The notes under the pieces were generated by a model. The model saw only the letters and a program-made list of their open reading frames with translations, was not told where the DNA came from and did no database searches. From assembly GCF_963921235.1 (NCBI RefSeq), contig NC_086108.1, positions 97,156,001 to 97,220,000 on the forward strand: a stretch of DNA of 64,000 nt, in the 5' to 3' direction. The stretch is from Mobula hypostoma (taxonomy: Eukaryota). Position numbers and translations under genes: made by a program. Positions 10,930 to 23,218 of this stretch are shown piece after piece (the first letter of the stretch is position 1; each line of letters opens with the position of its first letter).

Positions 10930-12950
10930 AGCTACTACAGTGCGGAAGATAATTTTAAGGTGATTGGAGGAAAGTCATGGTCAAGGAAGGTTTTGTACAC
11001 AGAGAATGGTAGGTGGTGGAAGACGCTGCCAGGGATGGTAGTAGAGTCAGATACTCTTAGATAGGCACATGGATGATAGAAAACTGAAGGGCTATGTGGG
11101 AGGGAAGGGTTAGATTAATCTTAGAGTAGGTTAAAAGGTCGGCACAGTATCACTGGCCGAAGGGCCTGTGCTGTGCTTTTCTACTTTCAATTTTTCTTTG
11201 TGTTGGGATTGATCTCAGTTGTAAAGATTTTTCTCCCCTCTCTTCTTGACTCCTTCAGAGCACACGTTTACTGAAACTCCTAGATGGTATACTTGATCAA
11301 ATGTACCACTAAGTCAAGTGCAATCACTCTGCTTTGTAACACTGGAATTTGGAGCTCTCATCCGTGTGTGGATGAAGGCTGTGATAAGATCTGGAGCCTA
11401 ACTATCCTGGTCAAACCCAAACTGAGAATCAGGAAGAATCAGCACTACTGTAAATGACTACGAGGCCTGGTTCCTCCCTAATTCCCGAGCTTTTTCCACT
11501 GTGGCTGGGCGAGACCTGAACTAGAGGACATAGGTTAAGGGTGAAAGGTGAAATGTTTAAAGGGAGCATGAGGGGGAATATATTCACTTAGAAGATGGTG
11601 AGAATGTAGAAGAAGCTGTCAGTGAATGGAGGTACAATGGAGGTGAATGGGAGGGGTATGGAGGCCTATGGACTGGATGCAGGTTGATGGGACTAGGCGG
11701 AATAATAGTTCAAAATGGACTAGATGGGCAGAAGGGCCTGGAGTGTTCTTTTACTCTGAGTCTTTAGCTCCATCTACAAGTTTGCAGATGACACCAGTGT
11801 AGTGAGCCAAATTTCAATAATGGAGTACAGGAAGGAGATAGAGAGCCTGGTGACACGGTGTCATGACAATAAACTTTTCCTCAGTCTCAGCAAAGCCAAA
11901 GAGCTGGTCATTGCCCTCAGGAAGGGGAGGTGTGGGGAGGGGGGGAACAATGCACTTGCTCCTATTTATATTAACGGTGCTGCGGTCAAGAGGGTTGAGA
12001 ACTTCAAGTTCCCAGATGTGAACATCACCAAGAGCCTGTCATATTCCAACCACATAGATACTATGGACAAGAAAGCTCGCCAGCACCTCGACTTCCTCAA
12101 GAAGCTAAAGAAATCTGGCACACCCCATTGGGCACTTATCGTTTTTTATAAATGCACATAGAAGGCATCCTATTTAGATGCTTCATGGCTTAGTATAGCA
12201 CCAGCACTGCCCGAGACTACAGAGAGTTGTGGACACAGTTCAGTCCAGCCTCCCCTCTACATTTCTTGCTGCCTTGGAAAAGCAGCCAATGTAACCAAAG
12301 ATCCCGCCCACCACACACATTCTCCCTCACTCTCCATTCCCCCACACCCACCCAATCCACCCACTTCCCTAAAAGCATGTACCACCAGGCTTCAGGACAG
12401 CTTCTATTTGTTACGGGTCTTCTAAATATTCCCTTATACAACAAGATGAGCTCTTGATCTCACAACCTACCTTGTTACAACCTTACACCTTGTTATGGCC
12501 TTACACATATTGCCTGCCCGCACTATACTTGCTCGTTTACTACACCAGTGCACTGGTACGAAATGATCTATATTTGCAAATAAAGTTGTAAGACCATAAG
12601 ACATGGGAGCAGAATTAGGCCACTTGGAATTTCAAGCCTGCTCCGCCATTCCATCCTGGCTGATTTATTATTTTTCTCAACCCATTCTCCCCGTAACCTT
12701 TGATGCCCTGACTAATCAAGAACCTACCAAACTTTGCTTTAAATATACCCAATGACTTGGTCTCCACAGCCACCTGTGGCAAACAATTCAATAGATCCAG
12801 TATCCTTTGTTCTAAATGGACATTCCTCTAGTCTGAATCTGTGCCCTCTGATCCTTGACTTCCCCACAATAGGAAACATCTCCTCCGCATCTACTCTTGG
12901 TCTTTCAATATTCGACAGGTTTCATTGAGAATCCCCTCATTCTTTTAAAA
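10930..12950. mobile_element. Cluster of degraded CR1 3' ends (10930-11180 +, 11480-11760 +, 12590-12950 -) and a Rex1/Babar fragment (11765-12590 +)
   Basis: ORF 11802-12161 (KAKELVI..VENFKF..KKARQHL); CR1 3'UTR motifs (gggccgaagggcctg; agaattaggccatt). Confidence 0.7.
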
Positions 12951-13739
12951 GAAGAATTTTCTCTTTCCATCTTACCCCAGTCCTGCTTTTTCACCTTTAC
13001 CTCATTACCAGTGACAATGATAAATGAATTTACCAGTTTTAAATTGGAACCTATGTTACTGTTCTACATCTAAAACTTGACATACTGGAAAGTCATGAAA
13101 AAGGATCTAGTGCTTTCCCAGTGTATATGACGAGTAAACTGTTCTTGGGCTTTCAGCTGGGTACGGGTCAGTTAAAGTCAATACCTGTACCCAGCTGGAA
13201 GACTGAGAAGAGATTATTCAAGGTATGTGGTCATGACCACCTCCCCTCACTAAGCAAGTAAACAGGCATCATTTCAGAGGAGTGAACACCATCTAATACC
13301 AGATTAGTGATTTGAAATGGTACCTGAGAAATTTAACCAAGGCATAACTTCAACCAGGAGCATTTTGTTTTGCCGATATTGGGATCAGTTCTTATTCATC
13401 ATTTTAACAGACACTAAACGTAGCCTGATGTTTATTTGGGTGGTGAATTGTCACGTGACATTGCTGTTAAGAAGACCAGAAGATCTACGTATATCAAATT
13501 ACAAAGGATGTTTCAGCGTCCACCTGGCTGGTGGTGTACCGCTGATACTGGTATATTTAAACCACATCAGGTCACTGACTTGTTATCTCTTGCATAATTT
13601 TAAAGCTTATTATGATACCTTGTTTAATTGTTAATTGAATGACAATTGAATTGCATGAATAAAATTTATGTGAAATGTTTTACTTTTTATTTTTTGAATT
13701 CCCCATCTCTAAACCTAAAATAATTAAAACAAAACATGT

Positions 13740-13975
13740 TCTTTTCTTTTTCAATATTTTTATTGACTTCTATATAGAAGAATACAGAGTTCAAGAGAAT
13801 ACATATTATAAAACAAAAGACAAAATATAATAATACCAGATACAGTAATTGAATCACATTAACAAACTCCTTATTCTATATTCATATAGATTAGATTAAT
13901 TCGTATATTAGAATATAAACAATATATTCTTTTGAGAGAGTTACCACTTGCCATCTAAATATGTTCCATGTTAGA
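13740..13975 (-). mobile_element. Probable L1-like 3' end
   Basis: T-rich end with tttattg (AATAAA on the minus strand); AT-rich UTR. Confidence 0.35.
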
Positions 13976-15065
13976 AATAGAGTAACACATACAAAATGCT
14001 GGATGAGCTCAGCAGGTCAGGCAGCATCTTTGGAGGAGAATAAAAAGTTGCTGTTTTGGGCCAAGACCCTTTGTCAAGACTGGAAAGTAATCAGAATCAG
14101 GTTTAATATCATCGGCATATGTCGTGACAATTGTTATCTTTGCAGCAGAAGTACAATGCAATACATAATAATAGAAAAAAAACCTGTGAATAAGTAGTGC
14201 AAAAATAGAAATTAAAAAGTAATGAGGTAATGCGCATGCGTTCAGCATCCATTCAGAAATTGGATGGCAGAGGGGAAGAAGCTGTTCCTGGATCATTAAG
14301 TGTGTGCCTTCAGGCTTCTGTACCTCTTCCTGATGGTAGCAATGAGAACAGGGCATGACCTAGGTGATGGGGTCCTTACTGATGGACGCCACCTATTTGA
14401 GGCATATCTCCTTGAAGATGTCCTGGATACTACGGAGGAAGGGGGAAGAAGTCAGAATTAGAAAGAGTGGGAGGGGAAGGCGTACTAAACTTGAAGGTGA
14501 TAGATGAAGCCAGATGAAAGGTAGGTGGGTGGTGCAGGGGAGATGAAGTGAGAAGCTGGCAGGTAATAGGTGGAAAAGATATGGGGCTGAGAAAGAAGGG
14601 ATCTGAAAGGATGGGAGAAAGAGAGGGAGGAAGGACACTGTAGGGAGGTGACAGGCAGGTGAGAAGAGGGAAGAGGGGAACCAAACTAGGGCGTGGGAAA
14701 TAGAGAAGGGAGATAGGGGGAGAAATTACCAGAAGTTTGAGAAATTGAAGTGTTGCTCCTCCAATCTGAGAGTGGCCTCATCGTGGCAGTAGAGGACGCC
14801 ATGGACTGACAGGCCAGAATAAGAATGTGATTGGAATTAAAACTGGAATAAAATTAAAATTAAGCGGAGTGAAGGTACTTGACAAAGAGGTTACCAGGTC
14901 TCACGGATGTCGGGGGGGCTGCACCGGGAGCAGCAGATATAGTAGGTGACACTGACAGACCCGCAGATGAAATGTTGCCTCACCTGGAAGGACTGTTTGG
15001 GGCCTTGAATGGAGGGGAGGGAGGAGGTGAATGGGCAGGTGTAGAAATTCTGCCTGCAGGGATGC
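13975..15065 (-). mobile_element. Old PLE 3' fragment interrupted by a Rex 3' end (~14090-14430)
   Basis: pLTR head aacacatacaaaatgctgg; degenerate HHR at ~14047-14082; degraded GIY-YIG region (cctcacctggaaggactgtttggggcc, matching 21053-21078). Confidence 0.75.
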
Positions 15066-16376
15066 CAGGAGAGAGATTACTTTTATTGGACATCCATAAA
15101 ACAATTGTCACATTAGGCTGGCAACTTGTATCTTCAGAAGATCAACTAGTGTTTTGTAATTGAACCAATTTAAGGGTCCTGTTTTCTTCCATTAATTACA
15201 GAAGGTGTAAGTTAATTGTAACATGAGATTTGTACTCCATGGAGATGCACCCTACACTCTAACACTGAGCAACTCTCCAAACCTGGCTGTTGGCAGACCC
15301 CCTACTAATTAGAACTGTGTAATGGATGAGATAAAGTACTGATCAGAACGCTTCATTCAAGCAAAAATGAGGGATTAGTTAATCTTTTCACAATAGACAA
15401 GACCTCTGGGGTTGTATTAAAGGGAAAATGTAGGTTTGAACACTAAATTCTGAATTCATTGACCAGAGTAATGTGTAAATGAAGTGTTTATTTGAAACTT
15501 GTCTTTCCTGGAATAAGTCACGGGAGTACTCTGTGGGATGTGATGGGTGTACGTTGCCCGGTAGATCAATGTAATGAATACTGCAGCTCACTTTCCTTGC
15601 AAAAGATTTTATATAGGCCTCTGAACTGCCTATTTACTGAACTACTGCTGGGCAAAGGACTCCCAAGGCCAATACATTACAGAACAACAGATGAGTTAAG
15701 CATGGATTAAATCTATCCTATTGAGAAACTGGCTGATCATTAGCGATTCTTGAGGAATTCCCTGGTAATTAGAGATTACTACCTTGCATCTGTGGTGAGA
15801 GACCACGCATGAAATAAATAGGTGGCTAGAAATCAATTAACTTGATGTTTAAATCCATTTTGGACCACTCCTCTTCAAAAGAATAAGGCAAAAACAATAA
15901 TTAGTGTAATGGAATCATTAGTTCAGTACATCACAATAATATGAGCAGGGTGCTCCTGTGATCAGGAGCTATTGTGAATATATTTTTGAATGATAATTAG
16001 ATGCCTGGAACTGTCTGATGTTTGGGTCCAGCAGGAAATGAAAGCCCTTTGATTGACTCATGGGAGAGGACTCAGTTTCTCCCAGTGTGCTTGCACTGCA
16101 GTTTCGCAGAGACTAAAAGCATGAGCTGTGGCAAATTGGATCATTGTACAAGTTTCAACTGGCCCCTTTGTGTACTGATTGTAAATTGGGAGCTGAAATT
16201 TCAGAGAAGGAAATATTAGCAGAGCTTTGTGACATCTTCCCCCCATAGTTACCTTGTGTAAATAGCTTTTTTTCCCCCTGTTGTTTAAATGAATAAATCA
16301 TCTGCAGCTCTTTGCCATGTTTATGTTTATGCAATTGCAGGGGAATATCCGAAGAGCTGTTGAAGCTCGGCACATA

Positions 16377-17803
16377 CACTCAGTAGCCACTTCATTAGGT
16401 ACACCTGTACACCTGCGAATATGCAAATATCTAATCAGCCAATCATGTGGCAGCGACTCAATTCATAGAAGCATGCAGACATGGTCAAGAGGTTCAGTTA
16501 TTATTCAGACTAAACATCAGATTGGGAAGAAATGTGATCTAAGTGACTTTGACTGTAGATATGATTGTTGTTGCCATATGGGGTAGTTTAAGTATCTCAG
16601 AAACTGCTGATCTCCTGGGATTTTCACACACAACAGTCTCTAGAGTTTACTGAGAAAGGTGCAAAAAAAGAAATTCAGTGAGTGGCAATCAAAACACAAA
16701 CAAGAGAAAGTTTGCAGATGCTGGAAATCCGAGCGACACACAGAAAATGCTGGAGGAACTCAGCAGACCAGGCAGAATCTATGGAAAAAAGCACAGTTGA
16801 TGTCTCAGGCTGAAACCCTTCGGCAGGACTGGAGAAAAGAAGCTGAGGAATAGATTTGAAAGGTGGGAGGGAGGGGAGAGAAAAACACCAGGCGATAGGT
16901 GAAACTTGGAGGGGAAGGGATGAAGCAAAGAGCTAGGAAGTTGATTAGTGAATGAGACAGAAGGCCATGGAAGAAAGGGGGAGGGGAGCACCAGAGGGAG
17001 GTGATGGGCAGGCAAGAAGATAACATGAGAGAGGGACAAGGAGATAGGAAATGGAGAAGGGGGGGGGGGAGGAGGCATTACTGGAAGTTAGAGAAGTCGA
17101 TGTTCATGTCATCAGGTTGGAGGCTACCCAAACAGAATATAAAGTGTTGTTTCTCCAACCTAAGTGTGACCTTATCCCGGCAGTGGAGGAGGCCATGGAT
17201 GGACATATCGGAATGGGAATAGGAAATGGAATTAAAATGGGTGGCCACTGGGAGATCCCGCTTGATCAGGCGGACGGATGCTTGGGGAAGCAGTCTCCCA
17301 ATCTACCGCTTGGGACTCACCGATGTACAAGGGGCAACACCGGGAGATTCCTTCCATGGCCTTCTATCTCTTTCACCAATCAACTTCCTAGTTCTTTGCT
17401 TCATTCCTTCCCCTCCAAGTTTTACTCATCGCCTGTAGTTTCTCTCTTCCTTCCCCCCACCTTTCAAATCTACTCCTCAGCTTTTTCCTCCGATCCTGCT
17501 GAAGGGTTTCAGCCTGAAACGTTGACTGTACTTTTTTACATAGATGCTGCCTGGCCTGCTGAGTGCCTCTGGCATTTTCAGTGAGTGGCAGTTCTGTGGG
17601 TGAATACGCCTTATTAATGAAAGAGGTCACAGGAGAACGGCCAGACTGCTTCAAGCTGACAGGAAGGTGACAGTAACTCAAATAACCACACATTACAACA
17701 GTGGTGCGCAGAAGAGCATCTCTGAAAGCATGTTGAACCTCGAAGTGGATGGGTTAGAGCAGCAGAAGACAATGAATGTACACCCAGTGGCCACTTTATT
17801 AGG
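16377..17803 (+). mobile_element. Internally deleted Tc1 transposon, interrupted by a PLE
   Basis: TA + TIR cactcagtagccacttcattagg; N-terminal transposase remnant GKKCDLSDFD...ISETADLLGFSHTTVSRVY. Confidence 0.85.
16688..17578 (-). mobile_element. 5'-truncated PLE with an inverted partial pLTR
   Basis: Tail + pLTR + GIY-YIG C-terminus at 16694-17347, then an inverted copy at 17348-17578; TSD (tt)cagtgagtggca at 16674-16687 and 17577-17590. Confidence 0.9.
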
Positions 17804-18061
17804 CATAGGATGAGGGTCTTGCTCAATGGTTAATTCATCGTGTACAGTACACGCTGTGACATCTAACATAGAGTGAAGGCTAGATGGAAATCAATACTTT
17901 GGAAAGTCTGGTTATTTCTACTGAAAAACAAATTACTGCATTTGCGCACATCGCTGGCAAATTTTCTACATAGTAGTACATTGCTGGCAAAAGTACATTG
18001 CAACTTTTAATTGTGATAGATCCGAATAGAAGGTGATGGACAGACTGCTCAGCAAGACTCA

Positions 18062-18578
18062 CGCTCAGTGGCCACTTTATTAGGTACCAAGTGTATGTTC
18101 ATGGTCTTTAGCTGCTGTAGCCCATTCACTTCAAGATTCGGCGTTGGAATCTGAGATGCTCTTCTGCACACCACTGTTGTAACATTTGGTTATCTGAGTT
18201 ACTGTCACCTTCCTGTCAGCTTGAACCAGTCTGGCCATTCTCCCCTGACCTCTCTCGGTAGCAAGACATTTTTACCTGCCACTCACTAGATACTTATTGT
18301 AGTTTTGCGCACTATTCTTTGTAAACCCTTGAGACTGTTGTGCATTAAAATCCACAGAGATCAGCAGTCTCTGAGATACTCAAAGCATCAGCAACCATTC
18401 CATGGTCAAAGTCATTTAGATCACATTTCTTCCCCCGGTCTCATGTTTGGTCTGAACAACAACTGAAGATCTTTACCAATGCTTTTACGCATTGAGTTGC
18501 TGCCACGTAATTGGCCAATTGGATATTTGCATTAACGAGCAGGAGTAGGGCTTCACCTAATAAAGCGGGCATGGGGTG
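18062..18578 (-). mobile_element. Internally deleted Tc1 element
   Basis: TIR ctcagtggccactttattaggtac; reverse complement of the same body as 37599-38137. Confidence 0.85.
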
Positions 18579-18924
18579 ATATCCAGTGTTGAGTGCTGGC
18601 AGTCAATACTTTGGAAACTCGATTTTTCTACTGAAAAAATATCTGCATTTGTATTTACCTCTGGCACAATTTGGAAAGTAATAATGTACACTGTAGTTCT
18701 TAATTCTGAATTGGAGACCATAAATAGACAGCTGAGTGAGGCTTGTTTGTCCCATTACGTGTCACAAAGGTGTGAAACATAAGCTGTGAGCAGTTAGCAG
18801 ACACCTTTCAGGTGCATGTATAGACCTGTAGTGTGTCGTATAAAATAGAATTAATATTTGTTTTGTATTAGGTGAGCAAGTGCATATTGTAAGAGCAACA
18901 AAGAGGGGCAGGAAGTACTGATTG

Positions 18925-19550
18925 CTAGAGCAACATATACAAAATGCTGGAGGAACTCAGCAGGTCAAGCAGCATCTATAGAAATCCATGAAGAGTCAAC
19001 GTTTTCATCCAAAGCCCTTCATCAGGACTGGAAGGGAAGGATGAAGAAGGCAGAATAAGAAGGCGGGAGGAGCAGAGGAGTACAAGCTTAAAGTTGATAG
19101 GTAGAGCCAGGTGGGTGGTGGGAGGGATGATGAAGTAAGAAGCTGGGAATGGTAAAGGGCTGGAGAAGAAGGGATCTGATAGGAGGGGTGTCTGAACTGT
19201 GGAAGTCTTTACCGGACTGGGTGTAGCAGTGCTCAGAGCTGAGTGACAGGCCACAGAGGAAGCTGCAGGAGGAGGCAGGCACGTTAGCGGCTTCACCCTC
19301 AAGCTCCCAGCTTGAGAAGAAAAAATCCTTTGGGGGAGGAGAGTGCACCATGGGAGAAAGGGAAGGAGGAGGGGTACCGGGGGGGGGGGAGGTGATAGGC
19401 AGGTGAGGAGAAGAGAAAGGGTAAGATTGAGGGGGTGGGGAGCGTGGGAAATTGAAGTAGACAGGAGGGGGAGGGGGCAAATTACCGGAAGTTGGAGTAA
19501 TTGATGTTCATGCCATCAGGTTGGAGGCTACCCAGGTGGAATATGCGGTG
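18925..19550 (-). mobile_element. PLE 3' fragment with a partly degenerate HHR (CUGAUGA intact)
   Basis: Minus strand reads cagtc-CTGATGA-agggctttggatg-aaaacgttgactc at ~18992-19029; GIY-YIG terminus at 19482-19550. Confidence 0.8.
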
Positions 19551-20398
19551 TCGATTGCTCCTGCCTCACCAGCATGTCAAGGACAGAGCTTGTGGCAGAC
19601 TACAAAGTCTACCAAACGGTACCAGTGCTTTTGATTGTGTGTCATTGTTCCAACCAAGATCCCAAATGTCAACTAGTTTGTGAAACCCTCTTCAACAAGG
19701 ATCAGCTTTATTCACCAATGCACATTTACAGGTATTAGGAATTTGCTGGGGTGTGTTGGTGTGACATGTAACACAAGCAACAACACTCAACAATCTATAG
19801 GGAATAAATAATTATATAAAATAAACTTAGAGGTTAAAGTGTGGATGTGGAATAAAATATCATAAATACATAAATACCACCATGTATTTACAATGTGCTG
19901 GCATTTATGTAATGATCTTTATGGATAATGAGGGAGGCTTGGAGCAGACAGACAAGGTCTAGGAGACCCAAATGGTTGGAAGAAGCACTAACCTCATTTC
20001 TGGAGTATTTTGAAAGCGTGAATGTTAATGCACAACCCACCCCTGGATTATGGATGTTCAACTTCTGCAACCTGTATATGTGCACAATCTCCTATAGTTT
20101 CATTAAGCTCATCTGGGACATGCCCACTTCTTTTTACTAAGGAGGTGATACATGAGTTTAAAACCTTTAATCTATGATTCAGGAACACCGTCTTCCCTTC
20201 TGTCATCAGATTTTTGAATGGCCCTCAAATACTAGTTCACTGTTCCTTTTTATACTTGCACTGCTTATTGAGTTTGTAATTTATAGTAGTTTCGTCTTTG
20301 CACTGTACTGCTGCCACAAAACAACAAATTGACATGTGACATACATCAAAGTTGCTGGTGAACGCAGCAGGCCAAGCAGCATCTATAGGAAGAGGCGC

Positions 20399-20434
20399 AG
20401 TCGACGTTTCAGGCCGAGACCCTTCGTCAGGACT
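20399..20434 (-). ncRNA. Minimal type I hammerhead ribozyme in the PLE pLTR
   Basis: AGUC CUGACGA AGG-gucucgg-CCU GAAAC GUC/GACU: complete catalytic core, stem I AGUC/GACU, loopless palindromic stem III (ACGU). Confidence 0.88.
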
Positions 20435-20730
20435 AACTGAAGGAAGAGTAAGTAAGGGATTTGAAAGCTGGAGGGGGAGGGGGAGATGCAAAATGATAGG
20501 AGAAGACAGGAGGGGGAGGGATAGAGCCGAGAGCTGGACAGGTGATAGGCAAAAGGGGATACAAGAGGATCATGGGACAGGAGGTCCGGGAAGAAAGACA
20601 AGGCGGGGGGGGGACCCAGAGGATGGGCAAGAGGCATATTCAGAGGGACAGAGGGAGAAAAAGGAGAGTGAGAGAAAGAATGTGTGCATAAAAATGAGTA
20701 ACAGATGGGGTACGAGGGGGAGGTGGGGCC

Positions 20731-23011
20731 TTAGCGGAAGTTAGAGAAGTCAATGTTCATGCCATCAGGTTGGAGGCTACCCAGACGGAATATAAGGTGT
20801 TGTTCCTCCAACCTGAGTGTGGCTTCATCTTTACAGTAGAGGAGGCCGTGGATAGACATGTCAGAATGGGAATGGGATGTGGAATTAAAATGTGTGGCCA
20901 CCGGGAGATCCTGCTTTCTCTGGCGGACAGAGCGTAGATGTTCAGCAAAGCGGTCTCCCAGTCTGCGTCGGGTCTCACCAATATATAAAAGGCCACATTG
21001 GGAGCACCGGACGCAGTATATCACCCCAGTCGACTCACAGGTGAAGTGATGCCTCACCTGGAAGGACTGTTTGGGGCCCTGAATGGTGGTAAGGGAGGAA
21101 GTGTAAGGGCATGTGTAGCACTTGTTCCGCTTACACGGATAAGTGCCAGGAGGGAGATCAGTGGGGAGGGATGGGGGGGACGAATGGACAAGGGAGTTGT
21201 GTAGGGAGCGATCCCTGCGGAATGCAGAGAGAGGGGGGAGGGAAAGATGTGCTTAGTGGTGGGATCCCGTTGGAGGTGGCGGAAGTTACGGAGAATAATA
21301 TGTTGGACCCGGAGGCTGGTGGGGTGGTAGGTGAGGACCAGGGGAACCCTATTCCTAGTGGGGTGGTGGGAGGATGGAGTGAGAGCAGATGTACGTGAAA
21401 TGGGGGAGATGCGTTTAAGAGCAGAGTTGATAGTGGAGGAAGGGAAGCCCCTTTCTTTAAAAAGTGAAGACATCTCCCTCGTCCTAGAATGGAAAGCCTC
21501 ATCCTGAGAGCAGATGCGGCGGAGACGGAGGAATTGCGAGAAGGGGATGGCGTTTTTGCAAGAGACAGGGTGAGAAGAGGAATAGTCCAGATAGCTGTGA
21601 GAGTCAGTAGGCTTATAGTAGACATCAGTGGATAAGCTGTCTCCAGAGACAGAGACAGAAAGATCTAGAAAGGGGAGGGAGGTGTCGGAAATGGACCAGG
21701 TAAACTTGAGGGCAGGGTGATAGTTGGAGGCAAAGTTAATAAAGTCAACGAGTTCTGCATGCGTGCAGGAAGCAGCGCCAATGCAGTCGTCGATGTAGCG
21801 AAGGAAAAGTGGGGGACAGATACCAGAATAGGCACGGAACATAGATTGTTCCACAAACCCAACAAAAAGGCAGGCATAGCTAGGGCCCATACAGGTGCCC
21901 ATAGCTACACCTTTAGTTTGGAGGAAATGGGAGGATCAAAAGGAGAAATTATTAAGAGTAAGGACTAATTCCGCTAGACGGAGCAGAGTGGTGGTAGAGG
22001 GGAACTGATTAGGTCTGGAATCCAAAAAGAAGCGTAGAGCTTTGAGACCTTCCTGATGGGGGATGGAAGTATATAAGGACTGGACATCCATGGTGAAAAT
22101 AAAGTGGTGGGGGCCAGGGAACTTAAAATCATCGAAAAGTTTAAGAGCGTGAGAAGTGTCACGAACATAGGTTGGAAGGGATTGAACAAGGGGTGATAAA
22201 ACAGTGTCGAGGTATGCAGAAACGAGTTCGGTGGGGCAGGAGCAAGCTGAGACAATAGGTCGGCCAGGACAGGCAGGTTTGTGGATCTTGGGTAGGAGGT
22301 AGAAACGGGAAGTGCGGGGTGTGGGAACTATAAGGTTGGTAGCAGTGGATGGGAGATCCCCTGAGCGGATAAAGTCGGTGATAGTGTGGGAGACAATGGC
22401 CTGGTGCTCCTTAGTGGGGTCATGATCGAGGGGTAAATAAGAGGACGTATCCGCGAGTTGTCGCTGTGCCTCGGCAAGGTGGAGGTCAGTACGCCAGACT
22501 ACAACAGCACCCCCCTTATCAGCGGGTTTAATAATAATGTTAGGATTAGTGCGGAGGGAGTGGAGAGCAGAGCGTTCCGAAGGAGTGAGGTTGGAATGGG
22601 GACAAGGTGCGGTGAAGTCGAGACGGTTGATGTCCCGTCCGCAGTTGGCAATAAAGAGATCCAGAGCAGGCAGAAGACCAGAGCGGGGTGTCCATGAAGA
22701 AGAGGAGGGTTGAAGACGGGAGAAGGGGTCATCGGTGGGGGTGGAAGAGTCCTTGCCGAAGAAGTAGGCTCGGAGACGGAGACGGCGGAAGAAAAGTTCC
22801 GCATCATGGCGAACACGGAACTCACTGAGGTGTGGGCGAAGGGGGACAAACGTGAGGCCCTTACTGAGAACAGAGCGTTCTGCCTCCGACAGTTGAAGGT
22901 CGGAGGGGATGGTAAAGACCCGGCACGGATGAGAGCTGGGATCAGAGGGGGGAGGGGGGAGGCTGGGTGTGTCAATGGAGAGGGGAGGGTTGGGGTGAGA
23001 GGAAGATGGAG
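20731..23011 (-). pseudogene. PLE RT-GIY-YIG polyprotein with one in-frame TGA (21936-21938) and one 1-nt deletion in a C-run (~21233-21238)
   Basis: NNFSF*SSHFLQTKGVAMG is in frame; restoring one C gives HIFPSPPLSAFRRDRSL..CKRNKCYTCPY..QVRHHFTCES, continuing into ORF 20731-21057. Confidence 0.9.
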
Positions 23012-23152
23012 CCTGTTGTTTGCGTTTAAATTGACATGTGTACATGTACTTACAGCTATAGAGGAATACAGCAGGATACAGGCCCTTCAGCTGATCATGG
23101 CGCCCTCTTATCTAGTCCCAGTTTCCCGCATTTGGCCCATATCCCTCTAAGC

Positions 23153-23218
23153 CAGGGGTTCCCAACTTTTTTTATGCCATGGACCAATACCATTAAGCAA
23201 GGGGTCCGAGGACCCCTG
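23153..23218. mobile_element. Tiny hAT(Charlie)-like MITE
   Basis: Termini CAGGGGT(T)CC ... GGACCCCTG; interrupts a CR1 3'UTR; TSD not clear. Confidence 0.55.

Larger units (their letters stand above)
20339..23027 (-). mobile_element. Penelope-like retroelement (RT + Cys linker + GIY-YIG endonuclease + pLTR/HHR), 5'-truncated, young
   Basis: KPADKGGAVVVW, FYLLPKIHK, GRPIVS, TMDVQSLYTSI, AMGT, RYIDD, VIYC..LYIGET..RFAEH; 13-bp TSD aaattgacatgtg at 20326-20338 and 23028-23040. Confidence 0.97.

Noticed and set aside
21936..21938. Programmed readthrough or selenocysteine TGA in the PLE RT
   Set aside because: A single copy gives no support; a nonsense mutation is simpler.
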